From the IMG/VR virus record IMGVR_UViG_3300044568_003751, positions 25,312 to 89,311 of that record: DNA of 64,000 bases. One strand, given 5' to 3'. This document shows, one piece after another, positions 63,530 through 64,000 of this stretch (positions within the stretch are counted from its first letter, which is position 1; the number at the start of each line of letters is the position of its first letter). Position numbers and translations under genes: made by a program. Under the pieces are notes generated by a model. The model worked only from the letters and a program-made list of their open reading frames with translations. It was not told the origin of the DNA and did no database searches. This DNA is from a virus.

Positions 63530-63693
63530 ACGTGCGCATTCTGCTCAATGAATATACTACCAACATCGGGATAGTCAAAATATTGATCAAGTTGCGGGGT
63601 GAATTTTTTTTCAGCAAGCAAATTTAGTCCTGTCACGCATTCTTCAGGACGCATGTAATAGTGATATCCTACTGTGAATTCTTTTTGTTTGAT
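63526..63693 (-). pseudogene. 3' fragment of a DegT-like aminotransferase paralog
   Basis: KQKEFTVGYHYYMRPEECVTGLNLL..YPD aligns with the C-terminus of 63751..63999; no N-terminal part. Confidence 0.65.
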
Positions 63694-63750
63694 TATACTT
63701 CTTGGTAGCCTTTGTCATCAATGTTATTTATTGATATTGATTCTGTCATC

Positions 63751-63999
63751 TTATTCCTTGATAGTAATAGTTCTTAAATCGGGATACAAAACTTCTTTGG
63801 ACGGCGGACAATGTTCTTTGAGACCTTCTAACAATGCCAACCCTTGAACTGCTTCTTCGGGTGTGGGCTTGTAGTGATACCCGACTCGAAACTCTTTTTG
63901 TTCTACCCAAGGTTTGATATTTAGATTTCGTCCGTCGTACCTCATACAAATAATTGTATCATATGCCGCTCGGTCATCTAGTATTATAGCACCACCACG
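63751..63999 (-). CDS. DegT-like aminotransferase, C-terminal part (cut by the window edge)
   Basis: RGGAIILDD..MRYDGR..GYHY..PEEA..GL..YPDL. Confidence 0.7.
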   Translation of the reverse strand, partial: RGGAIILDDRAAYDTIICMRYDGRNLNIKPWVEQKEFRVGYHYKPTPEEAVQGLALLEGLKEHCPPSKEVLYPDLRTITIKE

Positions 64000-64000
64000 G

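Noticed and set aside
1-64000. Stop-codon recoding or suppressor tRNA
   Set aside because: Known genes are full length in code 11 and use TAA, TGA and TAG stops; no CUA, UUA or UCA anticodon was found.

Overview
This is 64 kb of a large (jumbo-type) dsDNA bacteriophage genome in standard code 11, densely packed and mostly on the - strand after about 12.9 kb. A freshwater betaproteobacterial host is a guess from two Bug/TctC proteins and the tmRNA tag. No structural genes are in the window. (1) 1-15.5 kb is a sugar/glycan-modification island: three radical SAM enzymes, two NDP-sugar epimerases, a NodU/CmcH carbamoyltransferase, an amidinotransferase, a DegT aminotransferase, a methyltransferase and glycosyltransferase-like genes. 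(2) Core and early genes include thyX, a MoxR-like AAA ATPase with a VWA/metallopeptidase partner, a phosphoesterase, RNA polymerase omega, rubrerythrin/rubredoxin and a T4-type RNase H. (3) 30.6-48.4 kb holds 29 tRNA genes covering all 20 amino acids (one degenerate), a circularly permuted tmRNA, several unannotated structured RNAs between tRNAs, and AT-rich accessory genes. (4) 55.9-62.2 kb holds queE/queD/folE with a B12 radical SAM, a GT2 and a HIT protein. The main candidate new system: each of the two major tRNA operons is headed by a sigma70 promoter, a leaderless short ORF of very diverse codon content, and mutually exclusive antiterminator/terminator hairpins. This looks like a ribosome-coupled attenuator that would switch on phage tRNAs and ncRNAs when translation stalls. 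All folds were read by eye and no database search was run.
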